Source of the DNA: a virus
DNA length: 64,000 bases
IMG/VR virus record: IMGVR_UViG_3300027917_000021
Location: 32,001 to 96,000 of that record
Reading direction: 5' to 3' (one strand)
Part shown: positions 27,509 to 35,746 of the stretch, one piece after another
Position numbering within the stretch: the first letter of the stretch is position 1
How the letters are laid out: every line of letters begins with the position of its first letter
The notes under the pieces: model-generated
The model's database searches: none
The model's input: only the letters and a program-made list of their open reading frames with translations
What the model was told of the DNA's origin: nothing
Program-made: the position numbers and the translations under genes

Positions 27509-27522
27509 ACTTTTCTTATCCC
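27509..27522 (-). promoter_or_regulatory. phage promoter motif GGNATAAGAnnnnT
   Basis: GGGATAAGAAAAGT upstream of 27473. Confidence 0.7.
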
Positions 27523-27529
27523 ATAAAAT

Positions 27530-27558
27530 TTGCATTTTCTAATTTTATGCCGTAAATT
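27530..27558 (+). promoter_or_regulatory. sigma70-type promoter, leaderless GT2
   Basis: TTGCAT-N17-TAAATT, ATG 5 nt downstream. Confidence 0.6.
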
Positions 27559-27563
27559 AAATC

Positions 27564-28322
27564 ATGGTGTTGAGTGTAGTCATACCTTTTTACAAGAAGT
27601 TAGACGAACTTAAGTTTTCGTTCGAAACATACAATCTCCAACAATTCAAAAAACATAATGCACAACTAGTCATAGTTGTAGATGATCCGGAACAATCCGA
27701 AGAACTAAAAAAATATTTATATTACGTTTCTAAAGAGCAAAATTTAAAAATTAAAATGCTGCTCAATCCAAACTCTCACGAGTGGAGAAATCCAGCCAAA
27801 CCATTAAACGTTGGTATTAAAAATGCGGATGGAAAAAAGATCCTTGTGATGTCTCCGGAATCTTGTTTTGCATCGTCAGATGCAATAAGCAAACTAGTCT
27901 CAAATTGCGACCACTATAAATTTTCGCATGGTGACATTAAGTTTTGTACATATAAAGAAAGAAAGGAAATATTAGCAAAAGGGCTTCCACTTTATGAGAA
28001 TATAAATAGCCAAATTATTCCTTATGGATCAATTTGCTTTTTAAAAGAACATGCATGGACTTTGGGTGCCTATGATGAATCCAGAGGCAGTTGGGGTGGA
28101 GAAGATGATAATTTTAGAAACCGCCTAATGAAAGCCGGCATACAAAAAGTATATGTTGAAGCACACCTAATTCATTTTCAGGAACTTCCAAGATCAGAAA
28201 CAGCTAAAAAAATAGATCAGGAATTTCCATCTGATTACTACGAATGGCGTAATAATCCATCAATTATAGCCAATACAGGTGGCTGGGGAAACGATTTTAA
28301 TACCATAGCATTGCTAACATGA
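27564..28322 (+). CDS. glycosyltransferase family 2 (GT7C-like C-terminus)
   Basis: LSVVIPFY, IVVDD, LNVGIKNA, GAYDE...WGGEDD. Confidence 0.85.
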   Translation: MVLSVVIPFYKKLDELKFSFETYNLQQFKKHNAQLVIVVDDPEQSEELKKYLYYVSKEQNLKIKMLLNPNSHEWRNPAKPLNVGIKNADGKKILVMSPESCFASSDAISKLVSNCDHYKFSHGDIKFCTYKERKEILAKGLPLYENINSQIIPYGSICFLKEHAWTLGAYDESRGSWGGEDDNFRNRLMKAGIQKVYVEAHLIHFQELPRSETAKKIDQEFPSDYYEWRNNPSIIANTGGWGNDFNTIALLT

Positions 28323-29056
28323 ATGAGAAAGATTTCATAGGAGAATTGAATAAATTCACTAATAAAATCGTAACTGGTGAACATTTTTCACTTGTGCGAT
28401 TCTTCGATGGGGAGTGGTATATATTGAGTGATCAGTATATAGACATTACTGAGAAGTGCAATGGTGAATGGAGATATGATCCAACAAATGAAGCAGATGT
28501 AATGCGAAGATCTGCGTTGATAGATTCACTTCGATATAAAGATCCTACATACTATGTAGGCGTCATGACCGATTGTGCATGTCTTCATAAAAAGAAACAT
28601 GGTGGTTTTCAACTTATGAAAGATATGGCCGGCCAAGATGATGATCATCTTACATTTGCAAGTTTATTCATGAATTATAATTATTATGCAATTGTATTAC
28701 CTCGTTTGATTCCAACTTTATACGAAAAAGAAAAAGTTCTTGTGATCAATCAGAAGGCTAACGCCAAGGGAATTCCTCGTACAGAGAAAATTATACGTGT
28801 AGGCACCAATGCCTGGATCCAAGATATAGATTTAGCAAAAGAAATTGCCGAGTATGCTGCTACTGTAAACGGAAAATATTTTCTTATGGCGGCCGGACCG
28901 TTAGCAAATATAATTATTCATAAATGTCACCAGGAAAATAAAAATAATACTTATATTAATATAGGATCAATGCTTGATCCGATGATGTTTGATGAACCAA
29001 CTCGTTGGTATCATCATGACCAACGTCTCAAAAACCATATATGTCAATGGGTTTGA
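28319..29056 (+). CDS. GT-D-fold (DUF1792-like) glycosyltransferase
   Basis: SLVRFFDGE and LMAAGPLA...INIGS match GT-D RFGDGE and LGPTA..DIG motifs. Confidence 0.6.
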   Translation: MNEKDFIGELNKFTNKIVTGEHFSLVRFFDGEWYILSDQYIDITEKCNGEWRYDPTNEADVMRRSALIDSLRYKDPTYYVGVMTDCACLHKKKHGGFQLMKDMAGQDDDHLTFASLFMNYNYYAIVLPRLIPTLYEKEKVLVINQKANAKGIPRTEKIIRVGTNAWIQDIDLAKEIAEYAATVNGKYFLMAAGPLANIIIHKCHQENKNNTYINIGSMLDPMMFDEPTRWYHHDQRLKNHICQWV

Positions 29057-29754
29057 TTAATATTCCTTCTACTATGCCACAAGATAACTACGAAAAATTT
29101 ATGGATGTTGATAGGCAAATTCCAATATTCGATAAGGCTGATGCTATAAATTTAGGATTGAAATGGTATAAATCTTCTAACAGATGTTTAATTAATCATA
29201 AAGATTTTGACATGGAACATCCTGAATATAGATGGTTATCCGGCGGGTGTATAGTATATTATTTGTTTAAAAGAACACCATGCCCAAGATGTCATGCCCC
29301 AAACAAAATATATAGGACTCATAGAAGTGATCCAGATTATATATGTGAAGATTGTCGAAAGGAATTAAGATGGGCATCACAAGATATTATTGAACAGGCA
29401 AGATCTTATTCGGCGTCTTATGTAAGAAATTATAAAAAACAGATAAATTATACTTGTGAATTTCTTGATATTAAATTAGATACTAGAGTATTAGAAGTTC
29501 ATCATAAATTTTCAGTAAATACACATCCAGAGTTAGCAGCAGAATATGATAATATGATTGGTTTGTATAAGCCAATTCACCAAGATTTTCATAACATATA
29601 TGGAAGAGGAAACAATACACCAGAACAATTAAATGAATACAGAATTAGAAACAAAAAAACACATACAACAAGTAAAAGAAAACCTGCTCAAGGTAATTCA
29701 CGAATTATCTCTACGGGCAGAGAATCACGACAAGAGCAAACTCGAGTCGCCTGA
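29041..29754 (+). CDS. HNH endonuclease with zinc ribbon
   Basis: CPRC..CEDC; LEVHH...N...HQDFHNIYG. Confidence 0.75.
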   Translation: MSMGLINIPSTMPQDNYEKFMDVDRQIPIFDKADAINLGLKWYKSSNRCLINHKDFDMEHPEYRWLSGGCIVYYLFKRTPCPRCHAPNKIYRTHRSDPDYICEDCRKELRWASQDIIEQARSYSASYVRNYKKQINYTCEFLDIKLDTRVLEVHHKFSVNTHPELAAEYDNMIGLYKPIHQDFHNIYGRGNNTPEQLNEYRIRNKKTHTTSKRKPAQGNSRIISTGRESRQEQTRVA

Positions 29755-30082
29755 AAAAGAAATATTTGAGGTGTACATTCCGAAGTTAAAAGGATCCACG
29801 TATGGATCCGAGGAGTATAATCAATTCTTAGAAGAGATGAAACCAGCATTGGATCATCATTATGCTAACAACAGGCATCATCCGGAACATTTCAAGGGAA
29901 AAGGTGGAACAAACGGAATGGACCTGGTGGATTTAATAGAATGTTTTTGTGACTGGGCAGCTGCTACAAAACGTCATGCAAATGGCAGTCTAAAAAAATC
30001 AATTGAATACAACCAAAAAAGATTTGGAATAGGTAATCAACTCACTAAAATTTTTCATAATACCCGGAAATATATGGAGTAG
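29633..30082 (+). CDS. DUF5662-family HD-like protein
   Basis: HI..V, HDKSKL, HHYANNRHHPEHF, MDLVDLIE..CDW. Confidence 0.8.
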   Translation: MNTELETKKHIQQVKENLLKVIHELSLRAENHDKSKLESPEKEIFEVYIPKLKGSTYGSEEYNQFLEEMKPALDHHYANNRHHPEHFKGKGGTNGMDLVDLIECFCDWAAATKRHANGSLKKSIEYNQKRFGIGNQLTKIFHNTRKYME

Positions 30083-30249
30083 GACATTTGCCCTACTCCA
30101 TAGCCCCTTCCTTGAAAAACGTAATTTCTATAGTATTTAAGTATATAGGTGACACGTCACCCAAAACATAAGACCACGGTTTAGGAAACATTCCTCTAAG
30201 ATCTTTAAAACTTGGATTTCTAAAATTTAAAAAATGCTCTGTGAATAGT

Positions 30250-30600
30250 CTAATTCTTAGAATTTTTTCTTTTTGACACACTGTAATATTGTCTTTCACT
30301 TTCCGGCAATGGCCCCCAATGGTCAAGTGGTGTGGTAATGCCAGTTGGCAATGCTACTACATCTCCGGAAGCGTCTATCAATATAAGATCGCCTTTTACA
30401 CCGCTTCCGGGCACTAGAAAAGCACGCCTGTTTTTGTTTTTCAAACGCCGTGGTATAGAGTTGTGGGTTTCTTTATATCCGTATTCTACAATGAAATGCC
30501 CGAGAACCCAGATATACCCTTTATCTACGAAACCTCTCTCTACTTGACGTTTTTTATAGTGTTGTGTTTTGTATTCCTTCATTGGTTTTAATTTTGACAT
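30250..30600 (-). CDS. hypothetical basic protein (DUF4258-like N-terminus)
   Basis: TQHYKKRQVERG; AAGGAG RBS. Confidence 0.55.
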   Translation of the reverse strand: MSKLKPMKEYKTQHYKKRQVERGFVDKGYIWVLGHFIVEYGYKETHNSIPRRLKNKNRRAFLVPGSGVKGDLILIDASGDVVALPTGITTPLDHWGPLPESERQYYSVSKRKNSKN

Positions 30601-30618
30601 TGGTATCTCCTTTTTGGT

Positions 30619-30822
30619 TTATAGTCCTCTTAAAAACTTTTTCATTGAAGTGGGAAGGGAATATATAGGAATTCCTGATTCTTCCTTTCCTGTATCCATT
30701 GTATAACCATGTCCCCTGCCAAGAGTTCTAAAAAATTTTAAACATTCATCACTGCCACAACAGTATTGCCACGATTTTTTTGATTTACCACATCTGCATA
30801 TACGAGCAGAATATTTTTTCAT
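30619..30822 (-). CDS. small Cys-rich protein
   Basis: CRCG...CC...C; AAGGAG RBS; GGNATAAGA motif upstream. Confidence 0.6.
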   Translation of the reverse strand: MKKYSARICRCGKSKKSWQYCCGSDECLKFFRTLGRGHGYTMDTGKEESGIPIYSLPTSMKKFLRGL

Positions 30823-30845
30823 TTTTACTCCTTTTTAAAGGCATC

Positions 30846-30859
30846 AATATTCTTATGCC
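30846..30859 (-). promoter_or_regulatory. phage promoter motif GGNATAAGAnnnnT
   Basis: GGCATAAGAATATT upstream of 30822. Confidence 0.7.
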
Positions 30860-30867
30860 TCAAAAAT

Positions 30868-30896
30868 TTGCGTTATGTTTATAATTTTTGTATATT
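30868..30896 (+). promoter_or_regulatory. sigma70-type promoter
   Basis: TTGCGT-N17-TATATT. Confidence 0.6.
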
Positions 30897-30923
30897 TGTT
30901 TTAGTAATTAACCAGGAAAAACT

Positions 30924-31625
30924 ATGATACCTATTTGTATGCCAACGTTGAATCGGGGCCACGATATGTTACAAAAGGCAATTGAAACAGCCTTAAGAGA
31001 TGGTAATGACATGATACCCTCCAAAATTGTTATAATGGATAATGGCAACCAATTTCCAGAAGCGATTGATATTGCAGATTATGAAGATGGAGAAGAACAG
31101 TTAATAAAAATACTGTCTGGTCCGGAAAAAGTTGTTTTGGTATCTGCCGGATTAAACATGGGAGTTGCATCTAGTTGGAATTGGTTTATGCGTAATGTTC
31201 CTATGGAACATGGTTTTATGATTATATCAAACGATGATGTAGAATTTTACAAAGACACACTTCGTCTTTTTTATGAAGAAATGCAAAAACCAGGAGTAGA
31301 TATGGTTATTGGTGAGTCTGGCGAATGGTCAATGTATACTTTAAGTAAAAAATTGTTTGATGAGATTGGTGGATTTGATGAAAATTTTTATCCGGCCTAT
31401 TTCGAAGATAATGACTTTTGTTATCGGATGAGACTTATTAACAAAGAATTTGTTCATGCTAAACATATACCATATGGACATCAAACTTCTTCTACACTGG
31501 CAGCTTTTAATGATCAGCAAACTGAACAACACCATATAAATTTTAGAAAAAACCGTGCCTATTATAATAATAAATGGGGCGGCCTTCCTTATCAAGAACG
31601 ATTCACCACACCCTTCGGAAAATAA
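30924..31625 (+). CDS. glycosyltransferase family 2
   Basis: MDNG, NMGVASSWN, SNDDV, GGFDENFYPAYFEDNDFCYR. Confidence 0.88.
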   Translation: MIPICMPTLNRGHDMLQKAIETALRDGNDMIPSKIVIMDNGNQFPEAIDIADYEDGEEQLIKILSGPEKVVLVSAGLNMGVASSWNWFMRNVPMEHGFMIISNDDVEFYKDTLRLFYEEMQKPGVDMVIGESGEWSMYTLSKKLFDEIGGFDENFYPAYFEDNDFCYRMRLINKEFVHAKHIPYGHQTSSTLAAFNDQQTEQHHINFRKNRAYYNNKWGGLPYQERFTTPFGK

Positions 31626-31650
31626 GGAGACTTGACAGTCTCCTATCCCA
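31625..31650 (+). terminator. hairpin after GT2 gene
   Basis: AGGAGACT-TGAC-AGTCTCCT. Confidence 0.45.
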
Positions 31651-31683
31651 CCTTTTCTTGCCGCCTTTTCTTTAAATTAACCC

Positions 31684-31712
31684 TTGACATTTTAATTTTC
31701 AATATCTATATT
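31684..31712 (+). promoter_or_regulatory. sigma70-type promoter of HNH/MKYFEK operon
   Basis: TTGACA-N17-TATATT. Confidence 0.75.
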
Positions 31713-31745
31713 TTCTTATACTGTATTAATTTTTAAGGATAAAAA

Positions 31746-32267
31746 ATGCCAGCAGAATTTAGACGCATAGAAAAATATTGTTTGGAATGCGGCAAAAAAC
31801 TTTTGTTGAAAAATACGAGAGACATAAAAAGAAAAAAATTTTGTTCTAGAAAATGTTTAGGTACATGGACTGTAAAAAGACAACCAGAAGACCATATGCA
31901 AAAAATGATCATATTGGCAAATACACCTGAATCAAATTTAAAAAAATCTTATAAGGGCTCAAGTCATCCTAGATGGATAAAAGACAGAACAAAACTAAAA
32001 AATAAAAGATTTTATTTTGAAGAAAAACAATTTATAATGGAGAGAATAAAAGAAGCTGATTATAAATGTTCTTTAACAAACGAAGGCGGTCAAATGTCTG
32101 TACATCATTTAGATTCAGTTCATTTATTTCCAAAAAAGAAATTTGACAAAAATAATACGATTGTTATAAAAAAAGATATACATTTAGATTTTCATAGGAA
32201 ATATGGATTTCAGTGGGCTACAAAAAAGAAGTGGGAACAATATTTAAGAGAAAATAATTATGTATAA
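31746..32267 (+). CDS. HNH homing endonuclease
   Basis: CLECGK..FCSRKC, HPRW, SVHH...N...HLDFHRKYG. Confidence 0.75.
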   Translation: MPAEFRRIEKYCLECGKKLLLKNTRDIKRKKFCSRKCLGTWTVKRQPEDHMQKMIILANTPESNLKKSYKGSSHPRWIKDRTKLKNKRFYFEEKQFIMERIKEADYKCSLTNEGGQMSVHHLDSVHLFPKKKFDKNNTIVIKKDIHLDFHRKYGFQWATKKKWEQYLRENNYV

Positions 32268-32688
32268 ACAAAGTAAAGCAGAAAGTAAAAAACAACAAAG
32301 ATTCATGGGCATGGTTCATGCTGTGCAAAAAGGAGAATTATCTCCTAAAGAAGTTGGACCAGCAGTTCGTAAAGCTGCCCGTGAAATGAAATATAAAGAT
32401 GCGAAAGACTTCGCAGAAACAAGCCACAAAGGATTACCAGAAAAAAAAGGGTCAGTACAAATGAAGTATTTTGAGAAAACAGCTTTCAAACCTATGGAGG
32501 CATTAAAAAACATATTTAGTAAAGGACCTGGTACAGCTATGGTAAAAGCAGCCCCAACAGCAGTTATGACACAAGCCCCAAAAGCCCAACAAAAAGTAAA
32601 ACGCTTGTTTGATGCAAGGGCTCTTGCCTCTGCAGGCATAGGCGGTGCTGCAGCAGGCTATGGTTTAGGATCAATTGGTAGCGAATAA
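32260..32688 (+). CDS. DUF3008-like domain fused to MKYFEKTA-tagged glycine-zipper module
   Basis: SKKQQRFMGMVHAVQKG...KDFAETSHKGLPEK (DUF3008-like); internal ATG 32461 MKYFEKTA. Confidence 0.75.
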   Translation: MYKQSKAESKKQQRFMGMVHAVQKGELSPKEVGPAVRKAAREMKYKDAKDFAETSHKGLPEKKGSVQMKYFEKTAFKPMEALKNIFSKGPGTAMVKAAPTAVMTQAPKAQQKVKRLFDARALASAGIGGAAAGYGLGSIGSE

Positions 32689-32808
32689 TAAAATATTTTA
32701 TAAAAAACACATCCTAAAAGATTTGTTAAAGGAATCTTGGGACTAGGCACTGGTTTAGCCATCGCAGGATATGGGCTCAGTGGAGGAAGTATTAAAAATA
32801 AAAATAAG
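32688..32808 (+). pseudogene. decayed MKYFEK-family gene
   Basis: ATA AAA TAT TTT ATA AAA (IKYFIK) then frameshifted ...GILGLGTGLAIAGYGLSGGSIKNKK*. Confidence 0.5.
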
Positions 32809-32822
32809 GAAAAATTATAAAA

Positions 32823-33239
32823 ATGAAATATTTTGAGAAATTAGCCAAAGAAGACCCGGGATATTTTGGAAAACAAATGGCTGCAACACGAGCATCGAGA
32901 ATTCATGATTCTGCGGCCGGGACATTAGTTGCAGATCCGAAATTGATTAAGAAAAGATTTGAAAAAGCAATTACATATGGTGTTCCAGCAGCTATAGGAG
33001 GTGCCGGAGTAGGAGCTTTAGTAGGAAAAATGAAGGGATATACAGGTTTCGGAGCAGCAGCTGGTGCTATATTAGCAGGTTATGGCGGTGAAGTAGCCGG
33101 CATACTGAAAGCAGACAAAGAATATTTAGCTAAAAAAGGAATTGAATTATCAGCATTTGGAAACGTCAAGAAAATGACTCCAGAGGCAAAAAAGAAATAT
33201 TTACACGAGAAATACCGCGGCGGCGGTTATAAAGGATAG
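32823..33239 (+). CDS. MKYFEKLA-tagged glycine-zipper protein (putative internal virion/ejection protein)
   Basis: Tag plus GVPAAIGGAGVGALVG and GFGAAAGAILAG. Confidence 0.8.
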   Translation: MKYFEKLAKEDPGYFGKQMAATRASRIHDSAAGTLVADPKLIKKRFEKAITYGVPAAIGGAGVGALVGKMKGYTGFGAAAGAILAGYGGEVAGILKADKEYLAKKGIELSAFGNVKKMTPEAKKKYLHEKYRGGGYKG

Positions 33240-33249
33240 GAAAATAAAA

Positions 33250-33660
33250 ATGAAGTATTTTGAAAAAATAGCTATATCAAAAGAAGAAGAACAAACTTAC
33301 AAAAGAGCCCCATATAGGCTAGTGCCTTATGTAGGGCCATATTTAGGGACTCCAAAAGGTATGAGAAAAGAACATCCTTGGGTTTCGGCTCTATGGGGAC
33401 CCCCGGGGTCATTTGGTGCAAAATCAAAAGATACTGGAAAATCTTATTTAGAAGAAGCAGTTAAAACTGAAGCAGCAGTTCAAACTGGTATTGGTGCCGT
33501 AGCAGGCACTGTAGCAGGCGCTATGGCAGGAGCTAGAGGAAAACAATTAGCCAAAGTTATTGCTGCAGCTACAGGAATTGGTGCGGCCAGTGGGGCGGCC
33601 GGCGGTGCAATTGCTTACGGCGGTGGAAAATTATTTGCTGGGCAAAAGAAAAAAAAATAA
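33250..33660 (+). CDS. MKYFEKIA-tagged glycine-zipper protein
   Basis: Tag plus long GxxxG/A-rich helices, basic C-terminus. Confidence 0.8.
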   Translation: MKYFEKIAISKEEEQTYKRAPYRLVPYVGPYLGTPKGMRKEHPWVSALWGPPGSFGAKSKDTGKSYLEEAVKTEAAVQTGIGAVAGTVAGAMAGARGKQLAKVIAAATGIGAASGAAGGAIAYGGGKLFAGQKKKK

Positions 33661-33699
33661 TGAAATATAATGAAATATAATGAAATATAATGAAATATT
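33660..33699 (+). repeat. 10-bp tandem repeat (ATGAAATATA)x3 + ATGAAATATT
   Basis: Reiterated start of the MKY tag upstream of 33690. Confidence 0.9.
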
Positions 33700-34394
33700 T
33701 TGAAAAAAATGCTGCATCTGGTTCCATAGGTCTTTGGCCAGTTCCTAAAAATCTTGCAGGGGCGGCAATAGGAGCTACTATTTTTGGCCTTTCTGGATAT
33801 TCAGATGCAGATAAGGATAATAAATGGACATCTACAGCCAGTTCTGCATTATTAGGAGGAGTATTAGGCGCCGGAGCACAAGGTGCAGCAAGAGCAATGA
33901 AAAAATCTTTTAAGACGTCATTAAAAATGACAAAAAACATGTCAAAAAAAGACAATCCATTGGGCCAATATTTGTCAGAAGGCGTTGATCCTGCTGTAGA
34001 AAAAAGCAAGCGAGTGATGGACAAATTAAAACGTCAGGAAGACAAAATTAGGTCTCATAAAGCTAGCAAAAGTGGTTTTATGTATGAAGATGCAGTAAAA
34101 TATGTTAGGGAAAAGAAGGCTGCTACATTTAGAGTTTCTGAAAAAGATTTAACAAACAAAGAACTTCAACATGAGTTGAGAAGACCATATTTTGAAGGAT
34201 CTTTGCAGAATATGGCTTTTGGTGGAACATTTGGTGCAACCGCTTCTTTGCTTAATAAAGGAAAATCATACGGAAAAAATCTTCTAACTGGTGTTGCGGC
34301 TGGACTCATAGCAACTCCTATAGTTAATGCGTTAGATAAAAAAGACATATTAAAAGAAGTAGATCGCAGAAAGAAACACAAAGGTTATAGATAG
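33690..34394 (+). CDS. MKYFEKNA-tagged protein with two glycine-zipper modules
   Basis: Tag; internal KYVREKKA separates two Gly/Ala-rich hydrophobic modules. Confidence 0.8.
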   Translation: MKYFEKNAASGSIGLWPVPKNLAGAAIGATIFGLSGYSDADKDNKWTSTASSALLGGVLGAGAQGAARAMKKSFKTSLKMTKNMSKKDNPLGQYLSEGVDPAVEKSKRVMDKLKRQEDKIRSHKASKSGFMYEDAVKYVREKKAATFRVSEKDLTNKELQHELRRPYFEGSLQNMAFGGTFGATASLLNKGKSYGKNLLTGVAAGLIATPIVNALDKKDILKEVDRRKKHKGYR

Positions 34395-34666
34395 TGAAAT
34401 ACTTTGAAAAAATATCAGAGTATAAAGAGTGGGATGATAGACACGCATTCACAGAAAATATACCGGGAGGTGCTGCTATCGGAGCTTTCGTTGGTCCAAT
34501 AGCTGCTAAATTACAAGCACAATTAATAAATCGTAAATTAAAAGCTATAGAAGAAATTAAACCATTTAAACCCGCCTTAATTAGAGCGAGCATTATTGGT
34601 GGTTTATTAGGGTCCATTGTTGGAGCTGGTAAATATGTCTATGAAAAAGAATACTACACAAAATAA
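34394..34666 (+). CDS. MKYFEKIS-tagged glycine-zipper protein (GTG start)
   Basis: Tag plus GGAAIGAFVG and GGLLGSIVGAG. Confidence 0.75.
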   Translation: MKYFEKISEYKEWDDRHAFTENIPGGAAIGAFVGPIAAKLQAQLINRKLKAIEEIKPFKPALIRASIIGGLLGSIVGAGKYVYEKEYYTK

Positions 34667-35075
34667 ACCTAAATATTACCACTATGGTTATCGTTATATT
34701 AAACCACAGGATGAGCCTGAAGACTGGGATTATGCCATTCAGATGCATAAAAATCAAAATGGCACCCACTTTGATTTTAGATTAGCGAAGCCAGGACATG
34801 ATTATGCTTATTCCTGGGCATCACGCAAGCCACCTCTTAATATTACATCTCCTATTTTAACCCGCCGAACACATGATCATACTATAGAGCATATGGATTT
34901 TGAAGGTCCTCTTGAAACAGCAAGAGGCACGGGCACTGTGCAATTGCTTAAAAGGGGCAAAACTAAATTGCATTCTATAGATGATAAAGGTATTAAGTTT
35001 AAACTTGATACTGGTGAATTTTTACTTTTAACAAATGTTAAAGGTAAAAAATATATTCTAACAACTCCAACCTAA
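34635..35075 (+). CDS. stand-alone LigD-type 3'-phosphoesterase domain protein
   Basis: IQMH...HFDFRL...SWA.RK...THDH...FEG...GTG.V matches the LigD PE motif set. Confidence 0.8.
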   Translation: MSMKKNTTQNKPKYYHYGYRYIKPQDEPEDWDYAIQMHKNQNGTHFDFRLAKPGHDYAYSWASRKPPLNITSPILTRRTHDHTIEHMDFEGPLETARGTGTVQLLKRGKTKLHSIDDKGIKFKLDTGEFLLLTNVKGKKYILTTPT

Positions 35076-35105
35076 AAAAGAAAGGCCACATATGTGACCT
35101 TTCTC
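35074..35105. terminator. bidirectional terminator with ACATATGT core
   Basis: AAAGGCCACATATGTGACCTTT between convergent genes. Confidence 0.7.
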
Positions 35106-35114
35106 TAGACAATC

Positions 35115-35642
35115 CTACTTCTCGGTATCGTCTTTTGGCTCGAGTTTTTCAAGCTTCGATTTGGCGGCCTTAAGCTCTTTTTCAAGCTTGGTTTTTTCCG
35201 CCGAGGCAGTTTTCAATTCACCGGATGTCTTTTTCAGTTCTTCATCTCTCTGCTCAAGAGTATTTTGGAAAGCACGGTTTTTTTCGATTTCCTGCTCGTA
35301 CTTTACCTGTATTTCCTTCTTGTCATTTTCGGAAATTTCCAGCAATTTAACGGACTCTGTGAAATCATCTTCCAATTTGGCATGTTTTTCACTTACATCC
35401 TGATAAAGAGCTTTATAATCCTTGTCATCTTTCGACTTGGATTTTTTCCAAAAAGCCAGCTTGGAAACCTTTCCAAGAACTGATTTTCCGGTAGACTTCA
35501 TACCGTTTGAAAACTTCTCAGCAGCCTGTTTCGGAACAGCCTTGACATCACTAATTGTGACGTTGGCAGTCTTTCGTCCAACGAAAGCACCACCAATAGC
35601 TGTTGCAATGCTTGAGCCAACAATGACTAATACGCGGTTCAT
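35115..35642 (-). CDS. N-anchored coiled-coil protein
   Basis: Hydrophobic N-terminus, long Lys/Glu coiled coil; AGGAGG RBS; GGNATAAGA motif upstream. Confidence 0.75.
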   Translation of the reverse strand: MNRVLVIVGSSIATAIGGAFVGRKTANVTISDVKAVPKQAAEKFSNGMKSTGKSVLGKVSKLAFWKKSKSKDDKDYKALYQDVSEKHAKLEDDFTESVKLLEISENDKKEIQVKYEQEIEKNRAFQNTLEQRDEELKKTSGELKTASAEKTKLEKELKAAKSKLEKLEPKDDTEK

Positions 35643-35674
35643 AATTACCTCCTAAAAGTTAGATTGTTTAATTC

Positions 35675-35688
35675 ATTTCTCTTATTCC
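35675..35688 (-). promoter_or_regulatory. phage promoter motif GGNATAAGAnnnnT
   Basis: GGAATAAGAGAAAT upstream of 35642. Confidence 0.7.
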
Positions 35689-35709
35689 ATATTTGTGCTA
35701 TAATTCTAC

Positions 35710-35738
35710 TTGACAAAGAACCCTAACATAAGTATATT
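35710..35738 (+). promoter_or_regulatory. sigma70-type promoter of terminase operon
   Basis: TTGACA-N17-TATATT, ATG 8 nt downstream. Confidence 0.75.
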
Positions 35739-35746
35739 AAAATATT

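Noticed and set aside
30093-30326. 77-aa ORF
   Set aside because: TTG start with 77-bp overlap of 30250-30600 and no clear RBS or motif; left uncalled
29041-32267. HNH genes as parts of self-splicing introns
   Set aside because: Flanking genes appear uninterrupted; no group I core motifs seen; treated as free-standing
3724-35688. TGGCATAAG motif as sigma54 -24 box
   Set aside because: No GC at the -12 position in any copy, and the base after GG varies freely
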